Source: a virus (Duplodnaviria; Caudoviricetes). Taken from it: 38,151 bases of DNA. Of this stretch, positions 19,329 through 28,620 are shown piece by piece (position 1 is the first letter of the stretch; each line of letters opens with the position of its first letter). The position numbers were made by a program, and so were the translations under genes. The notes under the pieces are model-generated. The model had not been told where the DNA came from. It worked only from the letters and a program-made list of their open reading frames with translations, and searched no databases. The DNA lies in IMG/VR virus record IMGVR_UViG_3300029290_000006, positions 1 through 38,151 of that record; one strand, written 5' to 3'.

Positions 19329-20504
19329 ATGCCCACCGACTACCACCACGGCGTCCGTGTCATCGAAATCAACGAAGGCACACGCCCCATCCGCACCATC
19401 GCAACCGCCGTCGCCGGTGTGGTCTGCACGGCCAACGATGCGGATGCGAACGCCTTCCCGCTCGACACACCCGTGTTGCTCACCGACGTGCAAGGCGCCA
19501 TCGGTAAGGCCGGAGACAAGGGCACGCTCGGCCGCACGCTGCAGGCCATTGCAGACCAAACCAGCCCGCTGACCGTCGTCGTGCGCGTGGCGGAAGGCAA
19601 AGCCGAAGGCGAGACCACCAGCAACCTGATCGGCACCACCAACGACCAGGGCCGCTACACCGGCATGAAAGCGTTGCTCGCCGCCCGCAACCGCTTCGGT
19701 ATCACGCCGCGCATCCTCGCCGCACCCGGGCTCGACTCGTTGCCCGTCGCGTCGGAGCTGGCATCTACCGCACAGAAGCTGCGCGCCTTCGCTTACGTCA
19801 GCGCCGCCGGCTGCAACACCAAGGAAGACGTCGTCGCCTACCGCCAGAACTTCGGTGCGCGCGAACTCATGGTGCTCTGGCCCGACTTTGTAGGCTGGGA
19901 CAGCGCCGCCAACGCCGAGCGCACGCTCTGGGCCACCGCCCGCGCCGTGGGCCTCCGCGCCAAGATCGACAACGAGACCGGCTGGCACAAGACGCTCTCC
20001 AACGTGCCCGTCAACGGCGTCACAGGCCTCTCGCGCGACGTGTATTGGGACCTGCAGAACCCCGCTACCGACGCCGGCTACCTCAACTCGCACGACGTCA
20101 CCACGCTCGTCCACCAGAACGGCTTCCGCTTCTGGGGCTCGCGCACCTGCAGCGCTGACAAGCTCTTCGCCTTCGAGAACTACACCCGCACCGCACAGGT
20201 GCTGGCCGACACTATGGCCGAGGCGCACATGTGGGCCAACGATCTGCCCATGACCCCGTCCCTGGTGCGCGACATCCTGGCCGGCGTCAACGCCAAGCTG
20301 CGCAACCTGGTGCGCAACGGCTACCTGCTCGGCGGTGAAGCCTGGTTCGACCCCGCCGCCAACGGCAAAGACACGCTCAAAGCTGGCCAGCTCGCCATCG
20401 ACTACGACTACACGCCCGTCCCGCCGCTGGAAGACCTCACTTTCCGCCAGCGCATCACAGACCGCTACCTCATGCAGTTCGCCGACGCCGTCAGCGCGGC
20501 CTGA
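19329..20504 (+). CDS. FI: tail sheath protein (P2 gpFI)
   Basis: DYHHGVRV, GWHKTLSN, GFRFWGSRT, DYDYTPVPPLE. Confidence 0.97.
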   Translation: MPTDYHHGVRVIEINEGTRPIRTIATAVAGVVCTANDADANAFPLDTPVLLTDVQGAIGKAGDKGTLGRTLQAIADQTSPLTVVVRVAEGKAEGETTSNLIGTTNDQGRYTGMKALLAARNRFGITPRILAAPGLDSLPVASELASTAQKLRAFAYVSAAGCNTKEDVVAYRQNFGARELMVLWPDFVGWDSAANAERTLWATARAVGLRAKIDNETGWHKTLSNVPVNGVTGLSRDVYWDLQNPATDAGYLNSHDVTTLVHQNGFRFWGSRTCSADKLFAFENYTRTAQVLADTMAEAHMWANDLPMTPSLVRDILAGVNAKLRNLVRNGYLLGGEAWFDPAANGKDTLKAGQLAIDYDYTPVPPLEDLTFRQRITDRYLMQFADAVSAA

Positions 20505-20533
20505 GCGGCGCACCACACTGACAAGGAACCACG

Positions 20534-21043
20534 ATGGCACTCCCTCGCATCCTCAAACACTTCAACGTCTTTGCCGACGGCAACTCGCACGCCGGCGAGG
20601 TGGAAGAAATCACCCTGCCCAAGCTCACCCGCAAGCTTGAGGAATACCGTGCCGGCGGCATGAACGGCCCGATCGATGTCGACCTCGGCAATGAAAAGCT
20701 GGAGCTGGAAACCACCTACGGCGGCCCGATGCGCGACGTCCTCAAGCAGTACGGCACCACCACCGTCGACGGCGCCCTGGTGCGCTTTGCGGGCGCGTAC
20801 CAGTCGGAAGACACCGGCGACGTTGATGCCGTGGAAATCACCGTGCGCGGCCGCCATACCGAACTTGAATTCGGCAACGCCAAGGCCGGCGGCAAAGAGC
20901 CCTTCAAGGTCAAGTCGTCGCTCTCCTACTACAAGCTCACCGTCAATGGCGAAGACTGGATCGAAATCGACCACGTCAACTTCATCGAGCGCGTGTTCGG
21001 CGTCGACCGCCTGGCCGAGCAGCGCAAGGCCATCGGCCTCTAA
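20534..21043 (+). CDS. FII: tail tube protein (P2 gpFII)
   Basis: MALPRILK, LPKLTRK.EEYRAGGM.G, YYKL, GVDRL. Confidence 0.97.
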   Translation: MALPRILKHFNVFADGNSHAGEVEEITLPKLTRKLEEYRAGGMNGPIDVDLGNEKLELETTYGGPMRDVLKQYGTTTVDGALVRFAGAYQSEDTGDVDAVEITVRGRHTELEFGNAKAGGKEPFKVKSSLSYYKLTVNGEDWIEIDHVNFIERVFGVDRLAEQRKAIGL

Positions 21044-21096
21044 TCCTTCACCCGCCGCACAACGCGGCACCCTCCACCTTCTGAGCCTTCACCACT

Positions 21097-21423
21097 ATGG
21101 AACAACCCACCACCAACATCACCCTCGACACCCCCATCAAGCGCGGCGACCAGGTCATCAGCGTGCTGACGTTGCGCAAGCCCGGCAGCGGCGAGCTGCG
21201 CGGCGTCAGCCTCATGGACCTCATGCGCATGGACGTCTCCGCCCTGCACACCGTCCTACCCCGCATCACCGCGCCCACGCTCACCACCGCAGACGTGAGC
21301 AAGCTCGACCTGGCCGACCTGGTCAAGATCGCCACTGAAGTGACCGGTTTTTTGCTCTCGAAGCAGGACCGGGAAGACGCCTTCCTGACCGAGTCGAAAA
21401 CGCCGCCGCAGACGTTGCAGTGA
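21097..21423 (+). CDS. E: tail assembly chaperone (P2 gpE)
   Basis: LDTPIKRG, LRKP.SGELRG.SL, LPRIT.P. Confidence 0.93.
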   Translation: MEQPTTNITLDTPIKRGDQVISVLTLRKPGSGELRGVSLMDLMRMDVSALHTVLPRITAPTLTTADVSKLDLADLVKIATEVTGFLLSKQDREDAFLTESKTPPQTLQ

Positions 21424-21521
21424 TCTTTGGCTTCCGCCTGGAGGAGCTGTACGCGATGAGCATTACCGAGCTGATGGAGTGGCGCGAGCGCGCACGTGAG
21501 CGCAGCGAGGCGCACGAATGA
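21097..21521 (+). CDS. E': gpE+E' made by -1 programmed ribosomal frameshift at TTTTTTG (21348-21354)
   Basis: Slippery T6G as in P2; -1 frame reads ...ADVAVIFGFRLEELYAMSITELMEWRERARERSEAHE* (GpE' signature), stop overlaps tape-measure ATG. Confidence 0.9.
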
Positions 21522-24367
21522 GCGACGCCCGCCGCCTGCGCCTGGAGGTTGTGCTGCAGGCTGTCGACAAGGCGACGCGGCCGCTGCAGCGCCTGCTGGG
21601 TGCCAACAAGGACCTGGCCCGCGCCGTGAAGCAAGGCCGTGACCAGCTTGCCGCGCTCAACCGCGAGCAGAAGCGCCTGGACGGCTTCCGCGAGCTCAAG
21701 AGCGGCATCAAGGAAAGCGGCATTGAAATGCGCAACGCCACCGCCAAGGCGGAGGCGCTGCGCAAGCAGCTCGATACCGTCCAGGGCGGCGCCACCCGCA
21801 AGAAGGCCATCGACGAACAGCTCAAAAGCCTGCGCGCAGTGGAAGCGCAGTTGGACAAGGCCACCGTCGCCATGAACCAGCGCGCACGGCTGGCCGGGAA
21901 AACCGCCTACGTCGACGGCGAGCGTGACGCGTTCCTCAAGCTCCAGGAAGAGACTGGCAATACCTTCCGCCAGATCAACCGGCTCAAGGCAGAACAGAAG
22001 GCGCTCGCCACACAAACGCCGGTCAACACCGAGCAGGTCAAGAAACTCAGCCGCCAGTACAGGGAAGCCAAGGCCACCGCCGACAAGCTGACGCAGACCC
22101 ACAGGACGAAGCTCGGCACGTTCCGTCAGATGCGCAGTGAGCTGCTTGAGGCCGGCATCCGTACCAAAGAATTCAGCCGGCACGAAGCGGACTTGAAAGC
22201 TCGTATCGACGCTACTAAACAGGCCCTACGGGAAAAGGAGGCTGCGCTCACCCGCATGGCAGAGCGGCAGCGACACCTGGCCGCCGCACAGGGGCAATAT
22301 CAGCGTGGCATGGCAAACCGCAATGCCATGCTCGGCACCGGGGTCTCCCTCATGGGCGCCGGCGCCGTCACGCTCGCGCCGGTCGCAAAGACGGTCAAGG
22401 ACTATGTCGCCTTTGAAGACGCCATGCTGGGCATTGCCCGGCAGGTGGATGGCGCACGCGATGCGGGCGGCAAGCTCACCCCCGTCTATTACGACATGGC
22501 CCGGCAGATCAAGCAGCTCGGCACCGAGCTGCCCATCCCCGTCACGCAGATCGCCGAAATGGTCACGGCCGGCGCGCGCATGGAGGTCCCCCGGCACGAG
22601 CTGATCGACTACACCCGCACCGTCGCCATGATGGCCACGGCGTTTGATGCGGTGCCCGACGAGATTGCCGAAAGCATGGGCAAGGTCGCCAAGAACTTCC
22701 GCATCCCCACCAACGCCATCATGGGGCTGGCCGACAGCATCAACTACCTGGACGACAACGCCATCAGCAAGGGCAACGACATCATTGATGTGCTCAACCG
22801 CACGTCGGGCGTCGTGTCCACCGTCGCCATGTCGGCCAGAGATGCCGCAGCCCTGGGCTCCACGCTGCTCACGCTGGGCGAGCGCTCGGAGACGGCCGGC
22901 ACCGCCATCAACGCGATCATCCAGAAGTTTGCCGCTGCAGATAAAGGCACGAAGAAGTTCCGCTCTGCGGTCGAAGAGATCGGGTTGACCTCCGCACAGG
23001 TCCAGCGCGGCATGGCAACCGATGCCACCGGCACCCTCTTTCGCGTCATTGAATCGATCAAACGCCTGCCAGAAGACAAGCGCATCGGCGTCATGGTCGA
23101 GCTGGTGGGCCTGGAGCACTCCGACACCCTCGCAAAACTGGTGGACAAGCCAGACGAGCTGCAGCGCCAGATCGCGCTGGCCAACGGCAACCAGGCGCAA
23201 GGCTCCATGTCGCGCGAGTTCTCCGCTCGGCAGGACACCATCTCCGCGCATTGGCAGCGCCTGCAGAACCGCATCTTCAACACCAGCAGTGAGGGCGGCG
23301 GCGGCCTGCGCGCCACCATCATCGATCTGATCGACAGCACCGGCCGGCTGCTGGAGCGCTTTGATACCTTCGCCAAGAACAACCCTGGCCTGGTCTCGGG
23401 CCTGCTCAAGGCGGCGGCTGCCGTCGGCGCCCTGCTGCTGGCCGCCGGCGGCCTGACGCTGTCGATGGCGGCCATGCATGGGCCAATCGTCATCGCTCGT
23501 TACGGGTTGCGCCTCTTGAAGACCCGCGCGGGCCGGCTTGCAAGCGGCTTCAAGCTGCTCAAGGCGGGTATCGGGAAAGTCGGTACCGCCCTGAAATGGA
23601 TCGGCCGCCTTGCGCTGGCCAACCCCATTCTCGCCACCATCGCGGTCATTGCCACCGCGGCGTTTCTCATCTGGGACAACTGGGAAACGCTCGGGCCGAA
23701 AATTGAAGGTCTGTGGCAGGACATCAAGGGTGCCTGCTCCTCCGCTTGGGATGGGATAAAGAACACCTGGAACGCGTTCTGGCAGGACATGGACGCCCTC
23801 GCAAACGACGGCACCGTCAACGTCAACGCAACGTTGCTGAAGTGGTCGCCAATCACCCCCATCAAGGCCGTGTTCCTCGCTGTGTGGGATTTCTTCGTCC
23901 CAGAGCAATTCCAGCAGTTCGGCAGCAACATCATCCAGGGCATCATCGACGGGCTGTTCAGCAAGTTCCCCGTGCTCAAGGACGCTGTTAGCAAGATCAC
24001 CGGATGGTTCAAGAGCGTGTTTGGCGACGACACCCTTGCACAGGCACCGGCTGTCAAAGCCAGCCAGATCGATGCCGCTCTGCCGAAGCCAGCCAAAGCG
24101 GGAGCCACCAAGCTGGCGGCCATCGGAACCGCCATTGCTATTGGCACAGCGCCCGCAATGGCGGCGCCTGTGTCATTCGATACGCGGCCGGCAATGACTG
24201 CCCGCAGCACCGGCATTGCGCCGGCACCGGCCCCCATCACCATCCACATCCACCCGCCCGCCGGCGCAGACCCGCAAGCCATCGCCCGCCTAGTGCGCGA
24301 CGAGCTGCGCCAGATCGAAAACCAGCGAGCCGCCCGCCAGCGCTCGCGCCTTGCAGACAGGGACTGA
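21518..24367 (+). CDS. T: tail tape measure protein (P2 gpT position), 949 aa
   Basis: L.VVLQAVDKAT start, long coiled-coil, FEDAM core, ANPI and W-repeat region, ITIHI...QRAAR.RS.L.D end. Confidence 0.95.
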   Translation: MSDARRLRLEVVLQAVDKATRPLQRLLGANKDLARAVKQGRDQLAALNREQKRLDGFRELKSGIKESGIEMRNATAKAEALRKQLDTVQGGATRKKAIDEQLKSLRAVEAQLDKATVAMNQRARLAGKTAYVDGERDAFLKLQEETGNTFRQINRLKAEQKALATQTPVNTEQVKKLSRQYREAKATADKLTQTHRTKLGTFRQMRSELLEAGIRTKEFSRHEADLKARIDATKQALREKEAALTRMAERQRHLAAAQGQYQRGMANRNAMLGTGVSLMGAGAVTLAPVAKTVKDYVAFEDAMLGIARQVDGARDAGGKLTPVYYDMARQIKQLGTELPIPVTQIAEMVTAGARMEVPRHELIDYTRTVAMMATAFDAVPDEIAESMGKVAKNFRIPTNAIMGLADSINYLDDNAISKGNDIIDVLNRTSGVVSTVAMSARDAAALGSTLLTLGERSETAGTAINAIIQKFAAADKGTKKFRSAVEEIGLTSAQVQRGMATDATGTLFRVIESIKRLPEDKRIGVMVELVGLEHSDTLAKLVDKPDELQRQIALANGNQAQGSMSREFSARQDTISAHWQRLQNRIFNTSSEGGGGLRATIIDLIDSTGRLLERFDTFAKNNPGLVSGLLKAAAAVGALLLAAGGLTLSMAAMHGPIVIARYGLRLLKTRAGRLASGFKLLKAGIGKVGTALKWIGRLALANPILATIAVIATAAFLIWDNWETLGPKIEGLWQDIKGACSSAWDGIKNTWNAFWQDMDALANDGTVNVNATLLKWSPITPIKAVFLAVWDFFVPEQFQQFGSNIIQGIIDGLFSKFPVLKDAVSKITGWFKSVFGDDTLAQAPAVKASQIDAALPKPAKAGATKLAAIGTAIAIGTAPAMAAPVSFDTRPAMTARSTGIAPAPAPITIHIHPPAGADPQAIARLVRDELRQIENQRAARQRSRLADRD

Positions 24368-24369
24368 CC

Positions 24370-24792
24370 ATGATGATGGCGCTCGACTTGTTCGTGTTCA
24401 GCCTGGACACGGCGCCCTACTCCGAATTTCAACGCCAGGTCGGCTGGCGCCACCCGAGCAACAACCGCGTCGGCCGGCGGCCGTCGTACCAATTTCTCGG
24501 GCCCGACGAGGAAACCATCACCCTATCCGGCAGGCTCCTGCCCGAACTCACGGGCGGCGAATGGACCCTCTCCGCCCTGGAGCTGATGGCCGACAGTGGC
24601 GACGCCTACACCCTCATCGAGGGCACCGGCCACTACTACGGCCAGTTCGTCATCAACAACCTGGACACCACCCGTACCTACTTCTTTCAGGACGGCGCCG
24701 CCCGCGCATGCGACTTCACCCTCAAGCTGACCCGCGTGGATGACGGCCTGCTCTCCAAGGTCGCCAGCGTTGCAACCGGCCTGCTGCAATGA
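24370..24792 (+). CDS. U: tail protein (P2 gpU)
   Basis: MMALDLFVF, WRHPSN.RVG, QFLGP..ETITLSG, LIEGTG. Confidence 0.93.
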   Translation: MMMALDLFVFSLDTAPYSEFQRQVGWRHPSNNRVGRRPSYQFLGPDEETITLSGRLLPELTGGEWTLSALELMADSGDAYTLIEGTGHYYGQFVINNLDTTRTYFFQDGAARACDFTLKLTRVDDGLLSKVASVATGLLQ

Positions 24793-25907
24793 CGGACAAC
24801 ACCGCTGCCGACCTGTCGCCCCGCCCCGCCTACCGCATCAAGGTGGGCGACAAAGACATCACAGGCCGCTTCCAGGGCCGGCTCATCGGGCTCACACTCA
24901 CCGACAACAGCGGCTTCGAGGCAGACCAGCTCGACATCGAGCTGGACGACAGCGACGGCAAGCTCGACCTGCCCGAGAAAGGGGTACGCCTGTCGCTCTC
25001 GCTCGGCTGGGAAGGCACCGGCCTGGTCGACAAAGGCACCTACAAGGTCGACGAGCTGGAACACACCGGCCCGCCGGATCGGCTCGTCATTCGCGCCCGC
25101 AGCGCCGACATGGACGGCGGCCTCACCACCCGCCGCGAAGACTCCTACGCCGGCAAGACCGTCGCTGAAGTCGTCCAGGCCATCGCCCTGCGCAACAAGT
25201 TCACCTGGTTGGTCGGCAAGAAGCTGGCCGGCCAGGTCATCACCCACGTCGACCAGACCGGCGAGTCAGACGCCAACTTCCTCTCGCGCCTGGCGAAAGA
25301 GTTCGACGCCATTGCCACCGTCAAGAATGGCACGCTGCTGTTCATCCCCGCCGGCGAGCCGACCAGCGGGTCGGGCCTGCCGCTGCCCACCGTCAGCATC
25401 ACCCGCGCATCCGGCGACACCCACACCTTCAGCGTTGCCGATCGGGAGAACTACAACGGCGTGAAAGCGCACTACCAGGACACACGCGCCGGCGTGCGCG
25501 GCGAGGTGGTCATCGATGCTTCCAACGCCGTGGCGACGAAGGAGCAGCGAACCGCCAAAGGGAAAAAGAAAAAGAAGAAGCAGGAGACAGTGCAGGCCAA
25601 CCCGAACCCGGACAACGTGAAGGTGCTGCGGCACACGTACGCCTCACGGTCCAACGCCGAGCGGGCTGCGCGGGCCGAGTGGCAGAAGATTCAGCGCGGG
25701 GTGGCGACGTTCAACATTACGCTGGCGCGTGGGCGGGCGGAGCTGTTTCCCTCGCTGCATGCGAAGGTCAGCGGGTGGAAGCCGCAGATTGATGGAACGG
25801 GCTGGTCGGTCGGCCGTGTTGTGCACAGCGTGAACGACAGTGGTTTTACCACCGCGCTGGAACTGGAAATAGTGCCGGAAAAGCTGGAAGATGCTGGCAC
25901 GCCATAG
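24789..25907 (+). CDS. D: late control/baseplate hub protein (P2 gpD)
   Basis: TDN.GFEADQL.IELDD, DQTGESDANFLSRL, GFTT.LELE. Confidence 0.95.
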   Translation: MTDNTAADLSPRPAYRIKVGDKDITGRFQGRLIGLTLTDNSGFEADQLDIELDDSDGKLDLPEKGVRLSLSLGWEGTGLVDKGTYKVDELEHTGPPDRLVIRARSADMDGGLTTRREDSYAGKTVAEVVQAIALRNKFTWLVGKKLAGQVITHVDQTGESDANFLSRLAKEFDAIATVKNGTLLFIPAGEPTSGSGLPLPTVSITRASGDTHTFSVADRENYNGVKAHYQDTRAGVRGEVVIDASNAVATKEQRTAKGKKKKKKQETVQANPNPDNVKVLRHTYASRSNAERAARAEWQKIQRGVATFNITLARGRAELFPSLHAKVSGWKPQIDGTGWSVGRVVHSVNDSGFTTALELEIVPEKLEDAGTP

Positions 25908-25929
25908 CATCCAATCGCGAACAAAAGTC

Positions 25930-26916
25930 ATGAAGCGTTGTGCCATTTCCGTGCTCCGTATGAACGGCCTCATGCTTGCTGCCTTTTGCAGCTTCTTCCT
26001 GCAAGCCGCTCACGCCGAGAGCAAGGCCTTCGCCAGCCCGCCTGACCAGGGCAGACAAGCATGGTTTCTCGGCATGCTCAAAACCCTGGCCGACGTCGAC
26101 GCCCTGAACGACCCGGCCAAGGTAGGCGCCATCCTCGGCGTACAGTTCAGCAAGACCGTGGTCACAAGTGGGCCTTCGCATATGGAAGCATTCGCAAAGG
26201 CCTTCGAGCGCGACGAATACACGCCAATCGACCCCACCTGGTTCACGGCCGGGCCACCCGGCTATGCTTCAACAGGAAACTTCAAAGCGAAAGGGCGCAA
26301 TGGGTTCGTTGCCGGTATTGACCCGACTGCGACGGGGACGAAGGTCACCCTCAAATACTTTGAGTCGAAGCGCTTCGGGCTACTCGACACTCCCACTGTG
26401 CAAGCGGATATCCCCAAAAACGACACCCAAACCACGGTGATTTTTTACGGTATTGACAAGCTCACTTGCATCTCGCGGCAAGACATTCAGTCTTTCTTCC
26501 CGGAGATACAACACGTGAACGCAACCGATGCCAGCTCTGAACGCTATCTCTATACCCCACCCGCTCGTGAGGAATCGGGGAACGTATTGTCATTTGAAGC
26601 GCCAGGAGAACAGTGCCTAACCGAGGCGACGGTGCATGAGTTTTCCGGCTTCGGCAAGCGCATCAGGCGTGCCGTAATCAAATTGGCCCAGTGTCTCCAA
26701 GACGCCGGTACGGCGTTTTGTAGATCCCACCCCGACGCCACACCACGTGATTTCAGCATTGCCGGCCAGTTGAAATCTCATCTGCGCGAGAGGTGCGAGA
26801 GTCTCGATGCGTTCTACGAAAAGGAACCGCAGAACGGTCAGGAGCCGCAACGGCAGTTCAACTACTTCGACATACCTGCTCACTGCCCTTATCCCAACAA
26901 GGGGCCCGGGCATTAG
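25930..26916 (+). CDS. hypothetical exported protein (Cys-containing), moron
   Basis: Signal-peptide-like segment ending AAHA|E; several Cys; start may be 25960 or 25972. Confidence 0.65.
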   Translation: MKRCAISVLRMNGLMLAAFCSFFLQAAHAESKAFASPPDQGRQAWFLGMLKTLADVDALNDPAKVGAILGVQFSKTVVTSGPSHMEAFAKAFERDEYTPIDPTWFTAGPPGYASTGNFKAKGRNGFVAGIDPTATGTKVTLKYFESKRFGLLDTPTVQADIPKNDTQTTVIFYGIDKLTCISRQDIQSFFPEIQHVNATDASSERYLYTPPAREESGNVLSFEAPGEQCLTEATVHEFSGFGKRIRRAVIKLAQCLQDAGTAFCRSHPDATPRDFSIAGQLKSHLRERCESLDAFYEKEPQNGQEPQRQFNYFDIPAHCPYPNKGPGH

Positions 26917-26948
26917 AGCGATCTCTCTTGCGCACTTCAAGCTCAGCC

Positions 26949-27290
26949 ATGCGCTCACTGCTCATCATTGCTGTATGCCTAACGGCATCCCCCTCGTTCG
27001 CCACGGTCGCGTGGAAATGCACCTACAACGGCGAGACCTTTTACGTCGGCATGCCGTGCGAAGACGCTATCAAGCGGGGCATCACGCCACCGTTCAAGGA
27101 GCGGCCAGACCCGCCCGAATGTGCAAACCTCAAGCGTCAGAAAGACTCTTTGCGGGCAGAATTGGAAGATGCCGTTTCACCGCCCGGCAAGGTTCCTGAC
27201 GAAGAGGTTGCTCGGCTGGATCGGAGCGTTGCTGACCTGGGGACGGAACAGCATCTGCGCGGATGCAAAGATGCGCCTCCGGTTCCATAG
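26949..27290 (+). CDS. small exported protein, DUF4124-like
   Basis: Signal peptide then WKC...G...Y...PC motif and C-terminal Cys-flanked helical hairpin. Confidence 0.6.
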   Translation: MRSLLIIAVCLTASPSFATVAWKCTYNGETFYVGMPCEDAIKRGITPPFKERPDPPECANLKRQKDSLRAELEDAVSPPGKVPDEEVARLDRSVADLGTEQHLRGCKDAPPVP

Positions 27291-27304
27291 GCATCAATCG
27301 TCCG

Positions 27305-27803
27305 CTTCCGGCCAAGAGCGGTCAGTCGACCCCGAGGGTGGAATCGATAGCAATGACGGGATCAGTTGCAAACAGTCACTTGTACGGATATGACGCGCCC
27401 AGACCGACAACCTGACCTGATAGTTAACTTCTCGCTAACAGCCCTTGCAGGCGATGGTTCATTGAAGCGCGTGATTTCGGGTTATCGCCCAGCCTACAAG
27501 GTACGACCAGACTATTGGTCGTCGGCTTATCACGAGTTCGTCGACACCGCAGGCGTAGAAACCGGAAAGCAGAGCCAGGCGGAAGTTTGGCTTCTATCGC
27601 CAGACATGTATCCAAATACGTTTTGGATAGGGCGACGAGTTGAAGTGGCCGAGGGCCCCTTGGTTGTCGGAGTCGCCGACATACTGGAAATCCTCAACCC
27701 CGTGCTCGAATCGAATAGAAGTGACGGCACTTGATTGACGAGGTCGTCCGGTCAGCTTAGACAGCCACTAGCGAAACTATCGGATGTCGTCTTCCGGCCA
27801 AGA
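27305..27803 (+). repeat. 13-bp direct repeat CTTCCGGCCAAGA (27305-27317 and 27791-27803), each in a small hairpin, flanking one gene
   Basis: Read directly: GTCCG-CTTCCGGCCAAGA-GCGG and GTCGT-CTTCCGGCCAAGA-CCCG. Confidence 0.75.
27390..27734 (+). CDS. hypothetical protein resembling EF-Tu domain III beta-barrel
   Basis: SGYRP near N-terminus and EG..VVG.A.I near C-terminus parallel EF-Tu GYRPQFY...EGGRTVGAGV. Confidence 0.6.
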   Translation: MTRPDRQPDLIVNFSLTALAGDGSLKRVISGYRPAYKVRPDYWSSAYHEFVDTAGVETGKQSQAEVWLLSPDMYPNTFWIGRRVEVAEGPLVVGVADILEILNPVLESNRSDGT

Positions 27804-27974
27804 CCCGCCCTTCAATCGCAAACCATCGTTACACCACCTCCCCCGCCCTTCAACTCCGACTTCCCCCGCACTAAGCTCAACGTCTAACGCGTTGCCACAC
27901 TCGTTAACCCACAACCCCGCCACCCCGCCGTAGCCTCACCACGCGGCCCGCGCGCCGCTGTGGGAGATACGTAA

Positions 27975-28550
27975 GTGAGCAACAAGACGAACATCAAGCA
28001 GAGCATTTCCGCCGGCAATGGCAACGTGCAAATCGGGCAGGTCATCCTATGCGGATCGACCGCCGGCGCGCGCTGCCCCACTCCGCCGGCGCCAGCCAAA
28101 GAACGCATGACCATCGCGCAGCGGGCAGAACTCACTCACATCGCATTGCAGATCGAATTGGCAGAGGAAGGCGCCGTAGACGCCGGCACGGTTTGGAAGG
28201 CCCTTTGCAACCACCTCAACGGGCGCGGCCTGGAGGATGTGGGAGACAACACCGAGTTGTCGCACGAGCAGTATTGGGCGGCTCGGTCTTACCTGGACGG
28301 CTGGTTATCCTGCGCGCGTGGTGAAAGCCTGCCGCGTACCGGCATGATTCGGGAGATCATGCGGATGTGGGGTATTCGGTCGGGGTTACGTGCCGCCACA
28401 ATTGCGCTGTGCGAGGCGCGCTTCAGCAAGAAGGCACTGAACGAGCTAACTGATACTGAACTGAGGGCCGCGCTGTGGATAACGGCGGCGGACTGGCGAT
28501 CGTACTGGAGTAGATCTTGTCAGACTGAAGAACGATTCCACGCACCATAG
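27975..28550 (+). CDS. hypothetical protein with N-terminal GNVQIG motif and ORF6C/antirepressor-like helical domain
   Basis: GTG start with GGGAGA RBS; T.AQRAEL...VWKAL......EL..EQY..A..YL..W pattern. Confidence 0.65.
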   Translation: MSNKTNIKQSISAGNGNVQIGQVILCGSTAGARCPTPPAPAKERMTIAQRAELTHIALQIELAEEGAVDAGTVWKALCNHLNGRGLEDVGDNTELSHEQYWAARSYLDGWLSCARGESLPRTGMIREIMRMWGIRSGLRAATIALCEARFSKKALNELTDTELRAALWITAADWRSYWSRSCQTEERFHAP

Positions 28551-28620
28551 CGGGCGCCGACGAGAGTCAGTTCTCTATGAACGCGGTCTGAATCAAATTC
28601 TCTACGCCTGGGGGCGAACC

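Noticed and set aside
22226-23908. 560-aa antisense ORF and many other long antisense/alternate-frame ORFs in the structural region
   Set aside because: Typical shadows of high-GC coding sequence; no RBS, motifs or coupling
25555-25582. Poly-lysine / A-rich tract in gene D as phase-variation or frameshift site
   Set aside because: Frame is intact, runs are broken by G, and basic loops are common at this position in gpD
27891-27915. GTTGC...ACAAC upstream of 27975 as a fourth Ogr site
   Set aside because: Mismatch in left arm and 15-nt spacer instead of 13
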